Part shown: piece after piece, positions 1 to 10,800 of the stretch | How positions within the stretch are numbered: the first letter of the stretch is position 1 | Layout: each line of letters begins with the position of its first letter | Notes under the pieces: generated by a model | Told to the model about the DNA's origin: nothing | Database searches by the model: none | Seen by the model: the letters and a program-made list of their open reading frames with translations, nothing else | Translations under genes and position numbers: made by a program | Origin: Paramoeba atlantica | Taxonomy: Eukaryota > Protista > Discosea | Reading direction: 5' to 3' | NCBI GenBank assembly: GCA_977017575.1 | Contig: CDRNVI010000002.1 | Coordinates: 248,001-312,000 of the forward strand | Length of the DNA: 64,000 bases

Positions 1-728
1 GCTATAATAGCATTGTATGATATGATATTCTGGCCGCCCAGTCCCAGGGCCTTGGCTAGATCAAAAAGTGTTGCGGCGGCTTTATAGTTTCCGTAAATGC
101 CAAGAGCCCGTATTGCGCTTTTGATACCTTCCGGGTCATAACTTAGTCCAAGATCATTAGCCATTAGGACAGCAAGCTCTTTGGAGCGCGCTGTGATGGG
201 GGCGTTAAAATCTAAGTATGCGACAGGCATTCCATCCTCTGCTAACGGTTCGCTAGGCAGAAGAGACGCGTTTGTAGTAAATTGCGCCGATAATTTATTT
301 GAGGAAGCTGGAGTTGAATTACCGTGTGTAACATCCTTAGATTCTTCATTCTGATCGCAGTTCTTCACATTTTTAGTCGAATCACTCGACGGCAGTAAAG
401 GATATACTGAAATTTTATCTTTTCCGAGAACGTAGGGAGGATCATTTTGTATTTCTGAACAAAAATCAGCTAGTCTACGTAACCCGCTCTTGCAATTCTT
501 TACGACGTTACGACTTTCGCCGCACGTATCGTCTTCCAGGGGGTACTGCCAGGCATATGCCCAGCGTTCGATCATATCATCCCATTTTTCTGTCTTTGGC
601 GGGCGATAATCGGCCGGAAGAAAAGATTTTCGATAGAGTTGGAGCTCAAGTTCTTTTACAGAGGGCCCAAGAGCAGTGCGACCGCGAAGCGCGATGTGCT
701 TTACCGCTTTAGCGTACGTAGAAGGCAT
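1..728 (-). CDS. Pentatricopeptide-repeat (PPR) protein, 5' part (runs off window start)
   Basis: Not in the ORF track because there is no stop in the window. Manual translation from ATG at 728 (MPSTYAKAVKHIALRGR...) stays open to base 1 and ends GIKSAIRALGIYGNYKAAATLFDLAKALGLGGQNIISYNAII, a PPR-like motif. Confidence 0.65.
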   Translation of the reverse strand, partial: MPSTYAKAVKHIALRGRTALGPSVKELELQLYRKSFLPADYRPPKTEKWDDMIERWAYAWQYPLEDDTCGESRNVVKNCKSGLRRLADFCSEIQNDPPYVLGKDKISVYPLLPSSDSTKNVKNCDQNEESKDVTHGNSTPASSNKLSAQFTTNASLLPSEPLAEDGMPVAYLDFNAPITARSKELAVLMANDLGLSYDPEGIKSAIRALGIYGNYKAAATLFDLAKALGLGGQNIISYNAII

Positions 729-1191
729 ATGTAGGGACTAATTTCGTCAAAGACGAAGTTTACGTAGGCAAAATATAGGTTTTTCAGAAGTATCTGGAAT
801 AATCTTCAGAAGTGTTAATATTTCTCAAAGTGTTTTATCAGTCCTCTAGCTAGCCTTATTTGCATAATATTACTATTGAAGTACATCCGAAAATCGCATG
901 TTTTCTATTTACAGGACTTTAATGCCGTTAAGTTCTACATGTGTATTTCGTTAATCTAGAAATTTTCTAGGTTGGGATCCTCCTATAAGCCTTATTAAGG
1001 TCTACCACGTACTATACAGTGCAGTATAAAGTCCACGAAGCTTCTACAAGAATCCTTAGAGCAATAGTAAACCCCTCACATACTGCGCATTATCTAGTAA
1101 GACTTTTTCTAAACTTGGGAAAACTCCCAAGGGATTGTTCGATCACGTTCCATAAAACCAGTAGAAGACAAGGAACAACGCCATAGCATTA

Positions 1192-1833
1192 TTATGAGGC
1201 ATCTGAACTTTTTTCCGACGTCACATCGTCCATGCGCGCATCTACACATTTACGAAAGGCATCGACGATTGGAGCGCACTTCACGATTTCTTCCTTGTCA
1301 TAAACATTTCCCTTTTTCGATTCCCTAAAACATTTTTGGATAGCCACTTCCTCGTCTTGACAGAAAGGTTCGTGATACTGTTTTTCAAAAGACCCATCTC
1401 GCACAACGTCATGCAAAAGGTCTTGAATGAGATTCGATTCGTTCTCAATGTTCATGAGAATTTTTTCCGAATCAGTTAATTCTCTATTTCCTGATTTCAG
1501 CGCCCCCGAAGTGCAAGAATTCTTTTCTTGAGCAAAAGCTTTCGGCAACTCGAAAAATGATCCAATAAGCCGAGCTACGCTTCCTACTTCTTTTGTAATT
1601 GTGTCTTGGGCTAACTTTAATGTGGTTTGAAGAGTTCTCACACCTTGCACTTCTTGAGTTTTACCTGGAAGGAGCTCGGGATAATGCCGCAGACCTTTCG
1701 GAAACACATGCTCTTTGGACGCCAGACCCAAATTCACCAGTAGAAGTCCCACTTTTATTTGATCTTCGTGCTCTTTTCGAATATCATCCAGCATTCGAGA
1801 ACTGGAAGGATGATTCCAATTTCCACTTTCCAT
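1192..1833 (-). CDS. Twin CX9C (CHCH) mitochondrial intermembrane-space protein, MIC19/CHCHD3-like
   Basis: C-terminal CQDEEVAIQKC and CAPIVDAFRKC are both C-X9-C, preceded by a helical region. Confidence 0.65.
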   Translation of the reverse strand: MESGNWNHPSSSRMLDDIRKEHEDQIKVGLLLVNLGLASKEHVFPKGLRHYPELLPGKTQEVQGVRTLQTTLKLAQDTITKEVGSVARLIGSFFELPKAFAQEKNSCTSGALKSGNRELTDSEKILMNIENESNLIQDLLHDVVRDGSFEKQYHEPFCQDEEVAIQKCFRESKKGNVYDKEEIVKCAPIVDAFRKCVDARMDDVTSEKSSDAS

Positions 1834-2078
1834 TTAAAAAGTAGTATTTTCCTTTTCGTTCGAATAATCCCTGACGTTAAGTTAAACATTTCCGAAACTA
1901 ATGTCTTCCGTTTTAAGTGACGCCTGTAATTCCTCACTACATTAAATTAATGAAGATTGTTAATACAATGTACCATACTTTCTACTCATAAAAAGAAAGT
2001 ATAGCCTCGATATTTTTTAAAGAATCGCTCTAGCTTGATATCTTGGGAATTGACAAATTTTTACCAGCATTGCGGTAC

Positions 2079-2152
2079 TACAATGTATATCCCGGGAACG
2101 TATATCAAATCAAACGTATACAATGTATATCCCGGGAATGTATATCCTGGGA
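2079..2152 (+). repeat. Short direct repeat, 28-bp unit with 40-bp period, core GTATATCCCGGGA
   Basis: tacaatgtatatcccgggaa(c/t)gtatatc at 2079-2106 and 2119-2146, plus a partial gtatatcctggga. Confidence 0.7.
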
Positions 2153-2258
2153 CACAACTTTTTGTGACTGTTGACTACAACTACAGTGTTGTAGAGAGTT
2201 ATCCCTTCACGCAAAATGAAGCTGAGTGATCACTCGGTGCTCAACGCTTCATCGCAGC

Positions 2259-3389
2259 TTATTGAAGGATATCGCAGCAAACTAACGACCCCCGTAATGT
2301 TACCCCCATGAGGAACGCATCACTAATGGACGGGGGTCCCATCCACATGTCGTCCCCGTGAACGGTACGTATAACGTCCCCGGAAGGCAAATGCCGAACG
2401 TTTGCTTCGGAATCAGTACCGGCCGTGACCACAAGCTCGGCGGAACTTACACCTTCCAGATCTGATGGAGTTTTGTACACTTTCATGCTGATACTTTCTG
2501 CGTCCCAGTGAACAAAACACGTATCGTACTTACTTATACCTCTGCAATTATGACGCGCTTGCATTTTCCGAACATCGAGACAAGTGAGAGTCCTGGAGTT
2601 TCCTACAGCATAAAAATTACATGATGGTGCATCACAAATAGATAGAAACGTCTCATTGCCACATCTTGCTCGTGAATTATCGCGGATCTGATTGCATCTG
2701 GCCGCTGATGTCCGCTGTCGAATATCGAACAGTACTAATTCACTTCCTGTAGCCGTGACAACCACATTTGAGCAAGTTTTAGTAGCAAATAACGAGGTGG
2801 GGTATCCATCCAAAGTGATGGACCTCGTGTGTGTTCCCTCGAGAGAATGTAAGCGTAATTCATGTGAAAGAGAATGAGCACTTGCAATCGCATTCTCTCC
2901 TACACTAATACCATAATGTCCAGGAGGAAGGTGATTGTTGACTTTAGTGCCGAAACAAAAGGTAGATGTGCGCGGACTGAGAGTATCATGTCCCTTTCGG
3001 AGGAATTTGTCGGATGTCTGGTATATAAAGGAGTCGTTTCGTCTGTTTAAATACAAGTGCCCTTTCCTGTCCACATGGTAAAAAACGTCTTTGTCGGGAC
3101 CTCGATCTACATCAGTAATTAGCGAAGCATAATTTTCATTTTCGAGCACCGAAATTTGAGTACTATCGTTTTCCAGGGGACTCGGTAACAAACACCGCTT
3201 TTCAGTGTCGTATGTTAATAAAGCAACTTCGTGTTTTTGAACAACAGCGAACACAATTCGCTGACCATCGCGTTGTAGGACGCATATCTTTCGTCCTATA
3301 CGTGAGGGAAAGCTTCCGCATACGTCAACAACGTTTGGAAACAAGGTGCATGTCATGTCATAGTGTGTTTCAGCTTTAATATGCTTCAA
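2259..3389 (-). CDS. Divergent WD40/beta-propeller protein
   Basis: 376-aa ORF rich in beta-strands with WD-like blade ends (LVLFDIRQ, LTCLDVRK, VVTAGTDSEANVRHL). Confidence 0.55.
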   Translation of the reverse strand: MKHIKAETHYDMTCTLFPNVVDVCGSFPSRIGRKICVLQRDGQRIVFAVVQKHEVALLTYDTEKRCLLPSPLENDSTQISVLENENYASLITDVDRGPDKDVFYHVDRKGHLYLNRRNDSFIYQTSDKFLRKGHDTLSPRTSTFCFGTKVNNHLPPGHYGISVGENAIASAHSLSHELRLHSLEGTHTRSITLDGYPTSLFATKTCSNVVVTATGSELVLFDIRQRTSAARCNQIRDNSRARCGNETFLSICDAPSCNFYAVGNSRTLTCLDVRKMQARHNCRGISKYDTCFVHWDAESISMKVYKTPSDLEGVSSAELVVTAGTDSEANVRHLPSGDVIRTVHGDDMWMGPPSISDAFLMGVTLRGSLVCCDILQ

Positions 3390-3564
3390 ACGTTTTCTAT
3401 ATCGGCAATTTTTGTCAATAAAATTAGAAAAGAGGCTAATCTACGCTTTCTGAAGACGAATTTGTTTTATTATTTTCCCAAAGGATACTCAAAAAGCTTC
3501 ATTTTTCAGTGCTAGAGTGTATGAAGGGTAAAGTTTTGCACACAGAATTTGAAAATTTGGTTCT

Positions 3565-4275
3565 TCATTTGGCTCCTTGTATTTCCAATTGTTTTCTCCA
3601 ATTCCGAAACTCTTGTATTAATTTTAGTCTTTGGGCCCACATTTCTTGAGCCTTTGGAGACACCAGTGGGACTATCCCGGGTAACGAACTTGAAGCCAGA
3701 GATTGACATATCGGACGAATACTACCACAGTCAAAACCATTTCTGTGCAACAAATTGATCAGGAAAGAGGATAATTCAGAAGGATTGCGCTTTGCAATCT
3801 CTTCTACACGCGCCTGAATGCTCTTTCGTAGGTCATCATTTCGTAGTGGAAGACGATGTGTTTCGTGCAGCACAAGCAAAGCTTGAATCTCCGAGACAGT
3901 GGCCTTGTATGAACTTTCGGTAAGAACCCCTGCTCGCTTACTCATCTCCCATGAAAGAAACGCTGGCGTCGGAGCAGACTGCAAGATGTTTATGTTGTAC
4001 GTCCAGCAAAGCCGAGGGGGTCGGGAATATGGCATGGTCGAGTGGTTCGTGCGCCATATTTGATAGCGCGTGTAAAAATGCCCTTTGTTAAATACATTCC
4101 CATACGCATGGAAGTCCGTGATATGGCCAGCTGCATGGATGCGCGACCAACCCTGATTCGACAACGTTCCGAATCCCCAGTACTGTGTATTGCTGTATGG
4201 ACGGAGGTCTAAATATCGTCCTCGCTCTCGGCCCACAATGTAAAATGTCTTTGAAGGTGCAAGCATGGATGGCAA
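3565..4275 (-). CDS. Hypothetical protein (aromatic-rich N-half, helical C-half)
   Basis: 236-aa ATG ORF on the cluster strand with normal gene spacing; family not recognised. Confidence 0.6.
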   Translation of the reverse strand: MPSMLAPSKTFYIVGRERGRYLDLRPYSNTQYWGFGTLSNQGWSRIHAAGHITDFHAYGNVFNKGHFYTRYQIWRTNHSTMPYSRPPRLCWTYNINILQSAPTPAFLSWEMSKRAGVLTESSYKATVSEIQALLVLHETHRLPLRNDDLRKSIQARVEEIAKRNPSELSSFLINLLHRNGFDCGSIRPICQSLASSSLPGIVPLVSPKAQEMWAQRLKLIQEFRNWRKQLEIQGAK

Positions 4276-4508
4276 GTAGAGGGCTTCGAAATCAAATTGC
4301 TTCCTAGTGGAGATACGTAATGTCGAAATATCACAATAAAAAGGGATTGAGAAATAAGACGAATGAAACAGTAAAAGAAATTCAACGGTTCACAAGCACG
4401 AAGAAATTTGCATTCAAATCTTTCAAATTAAATTTTGACACTTTTAGATAAAGAATGACACCTGAATTAATGTTTCATCAAAGAGAGCACAAGTTTTGGG
4501 AGTATGTG

Positions 4509-6707
4509 TTACGCATTTTGGCCTAACGTCAATTTTTGAATCGCTGGTAACAAGTCTGCCACTTCATCTCCCGCTACTTCGGTTGCAAATTCGGATGATG
4601 CTATATAAGCTTTCATGTGATCCAAAGCACCTCGAAGTACTTCACCTTGAGGTTCTATGGCAAGTAGATTCTGCACCGCAGATAAGAAGTTCCGATTCTT
4701 CTTAGCACCGGTGATGCGCATTCCTTTACATGCTGCCTTCATAGCGAGTAAGAATTTGCTCATTCGATAATATACGAGAGTACCTAAATAATGTGTTTCT
4801 AGCTCTTTTTCCGCGTGCGTCTCCAAAATCTTCAGATAGGATAACGAAGAAGTCAAATCAAGTGTACTTAGTTCTGGTGCAGGACCAAGTGGGGAAAGAC
4901 AGGAGCTGGACAATTGCCGCAAATACGGAATTACGGACTCTTCAAGTAGTGCAAAGTTCGTTCCGGACATCTCAAGATAACACTCGACAATACCATACAG
5001 CGCCCGTTTGTGGAATGGGTGCTGAAATGCTTTCGAGTTAATCATTTCTGTGTAGGCTCGCAGAGCGTACTTCCTTAAACAATAATTGTGAAAATCAAAC
5101 TGATCCTCTTTGAAAGCACGAAAGGTGTTGTCAACGAGTAAATACGTTTGAAGAGCACTGCGTAGGTCTCCCAAGCGACGCAAGGCATCCGCTAACTCGA
5201 TTTCATACCACGTCACTTCGAACTCCTTAAGATTCCCGAGCACACCTTTTTCATGTGTTCGAATGAACTTTTCATACACGGCTGCTGCTTTTTCTATATT
5301 ATTCGCGCGTAGCAAATATTTTACTGTTCGGTTCGTTAGATACCGATCGGAGGCGTCGAGATTACGAGCGAACAGCATGAGATCAGCTGCATCTGCAAGA
5401 TTGCCTTGCCGTTTCTTTATCTTCGCCTCTACCGTATAGACATTTTCAAATGTAGGTGAGTGAAATTTCGCGGCGGCCACTTCAGCGAGAGCACGCTCAT
5501 AATCACCTAACTCAGTGAAATGTTGTGCAAGAAAAATGTGAATAAAAAGCAGCAGTGTTGGATTCCGCTCCCCACCCTTTAAGGCGCCATGGATTCTTAG
5601 ATCTTCCTTCCACTTTAAAAACAGGGATTCGATCGCAGCAATGCACTGCGGTCTAGCGTATAATGATTTGAGGGCGGAAAAGAGAGACGGAATATTTCCT
5701 TCCACGTAAGGACGAGCAAAGGTGATTAATCTGGTCTCAAAATCAGTTCCCTCTGTCACATCCAAACAATAGCGAGCAATTGTTTTCGAAGGAGCCTTGA
5801 GTAAATTTTGATTGAGTTCATCAAGACAAGATAAAATTTCTTTTCGTTGCGAAGCGGTAAGCTCGGAATATTGCACATCTGCTGCAAGTGGAAAGGAAAC
5901 AGCAATATTGAGGTATTCCTTAATGGCTCTGGACGAATGCGGATTCAAGTTAAGCACCTTAATGAATGTTTGACGTGCCTCGGTAAACATGCTAAGTTTA
6001 GTTTCGCAATGGACTTGCAGTTCGAAAAGCAATAACTTATCGAGTACTTTCGCGCCGTTCTCTTTTGCAACTGCGTACGCTTCTGTATACAGACCGCCGT
6101 CCACTAACAGTTGTATTTTGTATAATTGCAGTTTGCTAAGCTCCAAGCGAGACTCTGTAGTAGATGTTGCCTTCTCGAAGGCGCATATTATTAAATAAGC
6201 AATGTTGTGGTTCCCTGCGAGATGATGAGCGACGGCAAGACCCAGCCAATGTACTTTCACATCCGGCTTTACTTCAAGAAGTTTTTCTCGTGTCTGAATG
6301 AGCCCGGCAGTATCTAACAAGTGGTTCTGCAGAGTTGCCAAGTCACGCAAAATTTGTAGATTATTGGAATCGTATTTTAAAGCATTTATGTAGCACTTTG
6401 TTGCCTCAGCGTAATTCTGTTCCCCTCGATGGATAAGCCCAAGCACGTGCCATGATACGTGAGAACGCATGCTATGAAGTACTCCTCGCTTTGCTAACTC
6501 CAAAGGATTCTCTTCACCCCACTCTTTCTTATCCGTCTGGGAGAGACAGAGACCTTTTAGAGCGAGCGTTTCCCCATGATTGGGATATACTTTCAAGAGT
6601 TCAGAGGCATTTTTTATTCCTTTCTTGTATTGTTTGGTATCATAGTGTTTCATAATCTGCTTGTACACATCTTCCCATTTCGGTGAAAGACTACTATCCT
6701 TGCTCAT
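4509..6707 (-). CDS. NAA15: N-terminal acetyltransferase A auxiliary subunit (NatA, NARG1)
   Basis: TPR-rich; KHYDTKQYKKG, HGETLALKGL, SHVSWHVLGL, HSPTFENVY..AKI.KRQG, DASDRYLT, EDQFDFHNYCLRK are NAA15 hallmarks. Confidence 0.93.
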   Translation of the reverse strand: MSKDSSLSPKWEDVYKQIMKHYDTKQYKKGIKNASELLKVYPNHGETLALKGLCLSQTDKKEWGEENPLELAKRGVLHSMRSHVSWHVLGLIHRGEQNYAEATKCYINALKYDSNNLQILRDLATLQNHLLDTAGLIQTREKLLEVKPDVKVHWLGLAVAHHLAGNHNIAYLIICAFEKATSTTESRLELSKLQLYKIQLLVDGGLYTEAYAVAKENGAKVLDKLLLFELQVHCETKLSMFTEARQTFIKVLNLNPHSSRAIKEYLNIAVSFPLAADVQYSELTASQRKEILSCLDELNQNLLKAPSKTIARYCLDVTEGTDFETRLITFARPYVEGNIPSLFSALKSLYARPQCIAAIESLFLKWKEDLRIHGALKGGERNPTLLLFIHIFLAQHFTELGDYERALAEVAAAKFHSPTFENVYTVEAKIKKRQGNLADAADLMLFARNLDASDRYLTNRTVKYLLRANNIEKAAAVYEKFIRTHEKGVLGNLKEFEVTWYEIELADALRRLGDLRSALQTYLLVDNTFRAFKEDQFDFHNYCLRKYALRAYTEMINSKAFQHPFHKRALYGIVECYLEMSGTNFALLEESVIPYLRQLSSSCLSPLGPAPELSTLDLTSSLSYLKILETHAEKELETHYLGTLVYYRMSKFLLAMKAACKGMRITGAKKNRNFLSAVQNLLAIEPQGEVLRGALDHMKAYIASSEFATEVAGDEVADLLPAIQKLTLGQNA

Positions 6708-7021
6708 GTTTTCAGCACAGAAGGACTTTCTTAATGATCATACGAGGAAGGAGAAAAAATCCCTTTGTATCACAATTTTATGCAAGAGTACTACGTAAAT
6801 ATGATTTATAGCGCGTGATACTCATTATTATGAAACCCAACGAACGACACATACAAACGATTTTCTTTATTATTTTTAAGGAGTATACTTCTATGCACAA
6901 GGATGGGATTTATTATAATATGCAGAGCATTTGACAAGTAAAGTTGTATTCGAATAGGCCATAACTAAATAATCTCATAAACTCAGTTTAAATTCATCGG
7001 GTCCTCATTTCATTTGATGCA

Positions 7022-7360
7022 CTAAATACTGTAGGGGAATACCAAATCCAGAAACGTCATAATAAATGCCACTTCCACACCTAATAAAAAGATAGACACG
7101 GAGGATAGTCCCTCAATCCAGTCGGGCGAATACTTGTATGGGTTCTCGGGATCATAGTCTTTAAACTCTCTCGGCCACTCTGCTTGGTTAACAACGACTT
7201 TGCTGCGTTCTTCATCGGTCAGTTGTGGCCTTCGCATTGGGTTTTTAAATGGCCCGACGTTATAGGAACGGATCTGAGACACGTATGCTGCGCACGGTAA
7301 AACATTCGTTATCCTTCTTGTGAGGCCGTTCGACCTTCTGCGTGAATATCGAACAATCAT
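7022..7360 (-). CDS. Kinetoplastid-specific cytochrome c oxidase subunit (trypanosomatid COX subunit X-like)
   Basis: KNPMRRPQLTDEERSKVVVNQAEWPREFKDYDPENPYK...GVEVAF...LVFPYSI matches my recollection of the trypanosomatid subunit X. The ATG at 7360 gives a basic presequence; the ORF track extends to 7552. Confidence 0.7.
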   Translation of the reverse strand: MIVRYSRRRSNGLTRRITNVLPCAAYVSQIRSYNVGPFKNPMRRPQLTDEERSKVVVNQAEWPREFKDYDPENPYKYSPDWIEGLSSVSIFLLGVEVAFIMTFLDLVFPYSI

Positions 7361-7830
7361 TTGAAAGAACAAAAACTTTATGTCAAACAAATGGCTAAAA
7401 GACTTTATACAGTTAACACACGAACGCGATTCCAAAATAAGTGCAAAAAATTTAATTAAAGGTGAATAAAACTTGCGCATGCAGGTTACGTGTACAATTA
7501 CAAAAACAATTCTAACACACATCTTCATGTGAATGAAGATCTTCATCCTCAATGATTACATATCCATCGCTTTGTACTATGCGAAAATTTCGATAATCAG
7601 GTTTTCTTAACCGTAATTTCTACAACCTGACCGAATAGACCATTGCGAGGAAAAGAATTTAACGTTGCGATATGTTACTAATCCTACCATTTTTTTCAAG
7701 TGATCCTATCAAGTGAACTTCATCTGTGACAAACCTGCGGCACACTTCTCCTACCCCCATTACGCAGCACCCCCTCTCACATCGACGTGTGCAAATCCTC
7801 CAACGCCTTCCACGCCGCCTGCTTCGTCTC

Positions 7831-10800
7831 CTAATCCAACTTCTCCACCCCCAACGCCTGGGCAATCTCCCCCCTCACCCTTTTCCACGACAGCTCCGAC
7901 AACGCCTCCTCCGACAACCCCCCATACCGACGCCTCACCACCTCCTCCACCTCCGTACCCCCACCCCCACCCCCACCCCCTCTCCCCTTCGGTGTCCCCA
8001 ACAACGACACACTCCCTGAACGACTACGTACACTCCATGACCTTTCCTCCCCCCCCTCCCCTCCCCCTCCCCCCTCCTTCCCCCCTCTACACCCCCAACT
8101 CCCCACCGAACCCGACCCCCCAAACCCCAGCTTCATTACCGTAAACCCCTGCGGCAAATACACCCGTTCACCCCCCTCCCCCCCCTCCCTCGGCTCCAAC
8201 CCCTTCGGCAGTCTCACCGCCCCCTCCCACCCCCTCCCGCCGTACCCCCCACCCCCCCGCTCCCTCCCCACCCCCACGGTCTGCTGCCGCAGCACCTCCC
8301 CCATCACCCCCTCCGTGAGGTCACACAGCACCTGGAGTCTTACCCCCCCCTCAGCACCCACGGCGTACCGGTCCCGTTGCTGCCTCATCCGTCGCAGCAG
8401 TTCCCGAAGGAAGGGCACGGAGGCACACTGTGAGCCCCGCAGCACGGGCTCCAGGAACAACACCAGGACGCGTTGGAAGGACCCGAGGGAGTGGCGGGGG
8501 TCGAGCTCGTGGTCGTAGAGGGGGTGGTGGGAGAGGGCGTAGAGGAGCGGGGGGAGGAGGTACTCGGGGTAGAGGGCCACGGCGGAGGGGTGGGTGAGGG
8601 CGACGGGGGGGGAGGCCCCGGCAAGGGTGGTACGGAAACGGTGGAGGACGTGGGTAATGGATTGGCGAAGGAAGGAGAGGTTGGAGCGGTCGGTCTCGAG
8701 GAGGGCGGAGCACAGGAGGTGGGTGGTGCAGGACAGGGGGAGTTGGTGGGTGAGACAGAGGTGGGTGTGGAGTTTGCGTTGGAGGGTGCGGCGGTTGGAT
8801 TTGTGGTCGTCGGCGCTGAGGGCGACGTGGAGGGCGTTGGAGAGGTGGGGGTTGGATTGGAGGGCGGCACGGGCGTGGGGGAGGCGGAGGAGGCGGAGGA
8901 GTTGTTTGCAGAGCGCGAGGCGCTTGTCGACCGGGGAGGCGGTGTCGGGCATTCTCTGGGAGGTTTTGAGCATGTCGATGAAGAGTTCGGTGAAGCGGAG
9001 GGCGTCGGCGCTCCCGTCGGGGCCTTGCGCTTGGACGTGAGCTGTCAGGACACGCAGCACGGCTTGTAGGGAAAGAGCTGCATGGGGTTCACTTGAAACC
9101 GTGCAAGTGTGAGCAAGGTGGATTAAGTTCTCCACGACAGGTGCGCTCAGTGTGGAAGATCCGGACAGAAGAACCTCACGAAGGGTAATTGTCAGATGAA
9201 CGAATTCCATAGATTCCGTCTTTAGTTTCTCGTTGATCGCAGCTAACATCTGATCTAATGCCTTTGGAAAGGAGAGGGCACACACTCGGAATGTCTTAGC
9301 AGCGAACTTGCATAAGTAAGAGCTGTTGATCGAGGCGTTCATACAAAGCTTGCCCAATTTTTGTACCAATTCATGGGTTGGACAATATTTTTTTGTGGAG
9401 AGTGTTGACCCCGTGGAGACAGTATAAAGCAAATGCAAAAGGAGGGTCAGTGTGTCCTCAGGCTCTGTAATTAGCTTTTGTTGACTTGCCAAGGAGCTTC
9501 GTGGTCGACGTGCGGGTGAAGATGTACTTACAGTTTTTGATCGTTCCGTGGTCAGCCAATCCTGTACATTATTCAGTGTAAATTCGGTGAGAAAATCGTG
9601 AATGGATTCCAGGGTTTGGGGATCATTTATGCTCATGAAGATTAACGCACGGATAGCCGGCTCCATTTTCGTGTTCCTCTTAATATTGTCAATGGCTATA
9701 TCTACTGCATCGACACTTAAGGGAAGTACAATCCTCGGCAGAACGTCTTTCTCAAAGTAGGACCCCGCTTCCTTACGTACATTCGCCTGAACCCGTCTAG
9801 TCAGTTCGACTGCTGACTTCCACTCCGACTGCCCCTTCAGTTGCGCAAACTCTCGAGCGATTTTCTCGTCCTTAATGTTGATCAGACTGATCCATTCTGT
9901 TTTTGCATCTCCAGTAGAACTCGGGATGGCCTTTGACAAGAAGTTTATTAATTTGTCCATGTCATCTCGCGATATTTTTTCTGAGCGTGAAGAAAGCACC
10001 TTCTTGACCACCGTTCGAAGTCGGCCCATACGTCCCAATATTTCTTCCATGACCTTTACGGCGTATCGGTCTAACGAGCAGCAAAGATCAATGAAACTTG
10101 GTGAAGAACGTATCATTGAGCTCAACGCAAGTTCTACGGAAGAACGGTTCGTACCGTCATCGGTGACGTACACATGGAGGATCTCATTCGGTATCCATTG
10201 CTTCACAGATGCAGGTATACTGGATGTGCCGAACAGATTTGCTAATTGATTTATCGCCGCAATTCTCACGCTGGCTTTCTTGTCCCTGCATCTTGTCCCC
10301 ACGGCTTTGAGCAACCCTTGTGGCGTGCTTGATCCTGCTGAGGTAAGGATGACATTGACCGCATTTCGTCGCACAGATTCCTCCGCATCAATCAATTTAG
10401 ATTGCAATGGATCGGAAAGCACGTTCCACAACTGAGAATGGTAGGGCAAATGAACGGTTTTCGCGAGAACAATACCACCAAATTTCACCATCTCATTTCT
10501 GTTTCCCACACGGGCGTCCCAGTAGCGGGTTAAAAAGAGTTGACTGGGTTGAGAACATTCCAACAAAAGCACTGGTACGCTACTGTACAGTTTACACAAA
10601 GCTTTAATCAAAATCGAACGCAAATCAACGTTCTCGGATTTCAGAAATTCAACAATGCTAGCTAAGGCCTGCCCTACACAACGAGGACTGGCGTTCGCTA
10701 TCTTTGTGACCAAGCGAACAATATCAGCAAACTCTTCCATTACTTTTTTCTGCTGTGCCTGACGGGTTCCTTCCGAGAGATCACATTCAAGCAGTTTTTC

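Noticed and set aside
7659-9069. Many overlapping Pro-, Gly- or Arg-rich ORFs (also around 22000, 33500, 53000 and 57500)
   Set aside because: Shadow frames of real genes created by the GC-rich skewed islands, which lack stop codons; no independent motifs.
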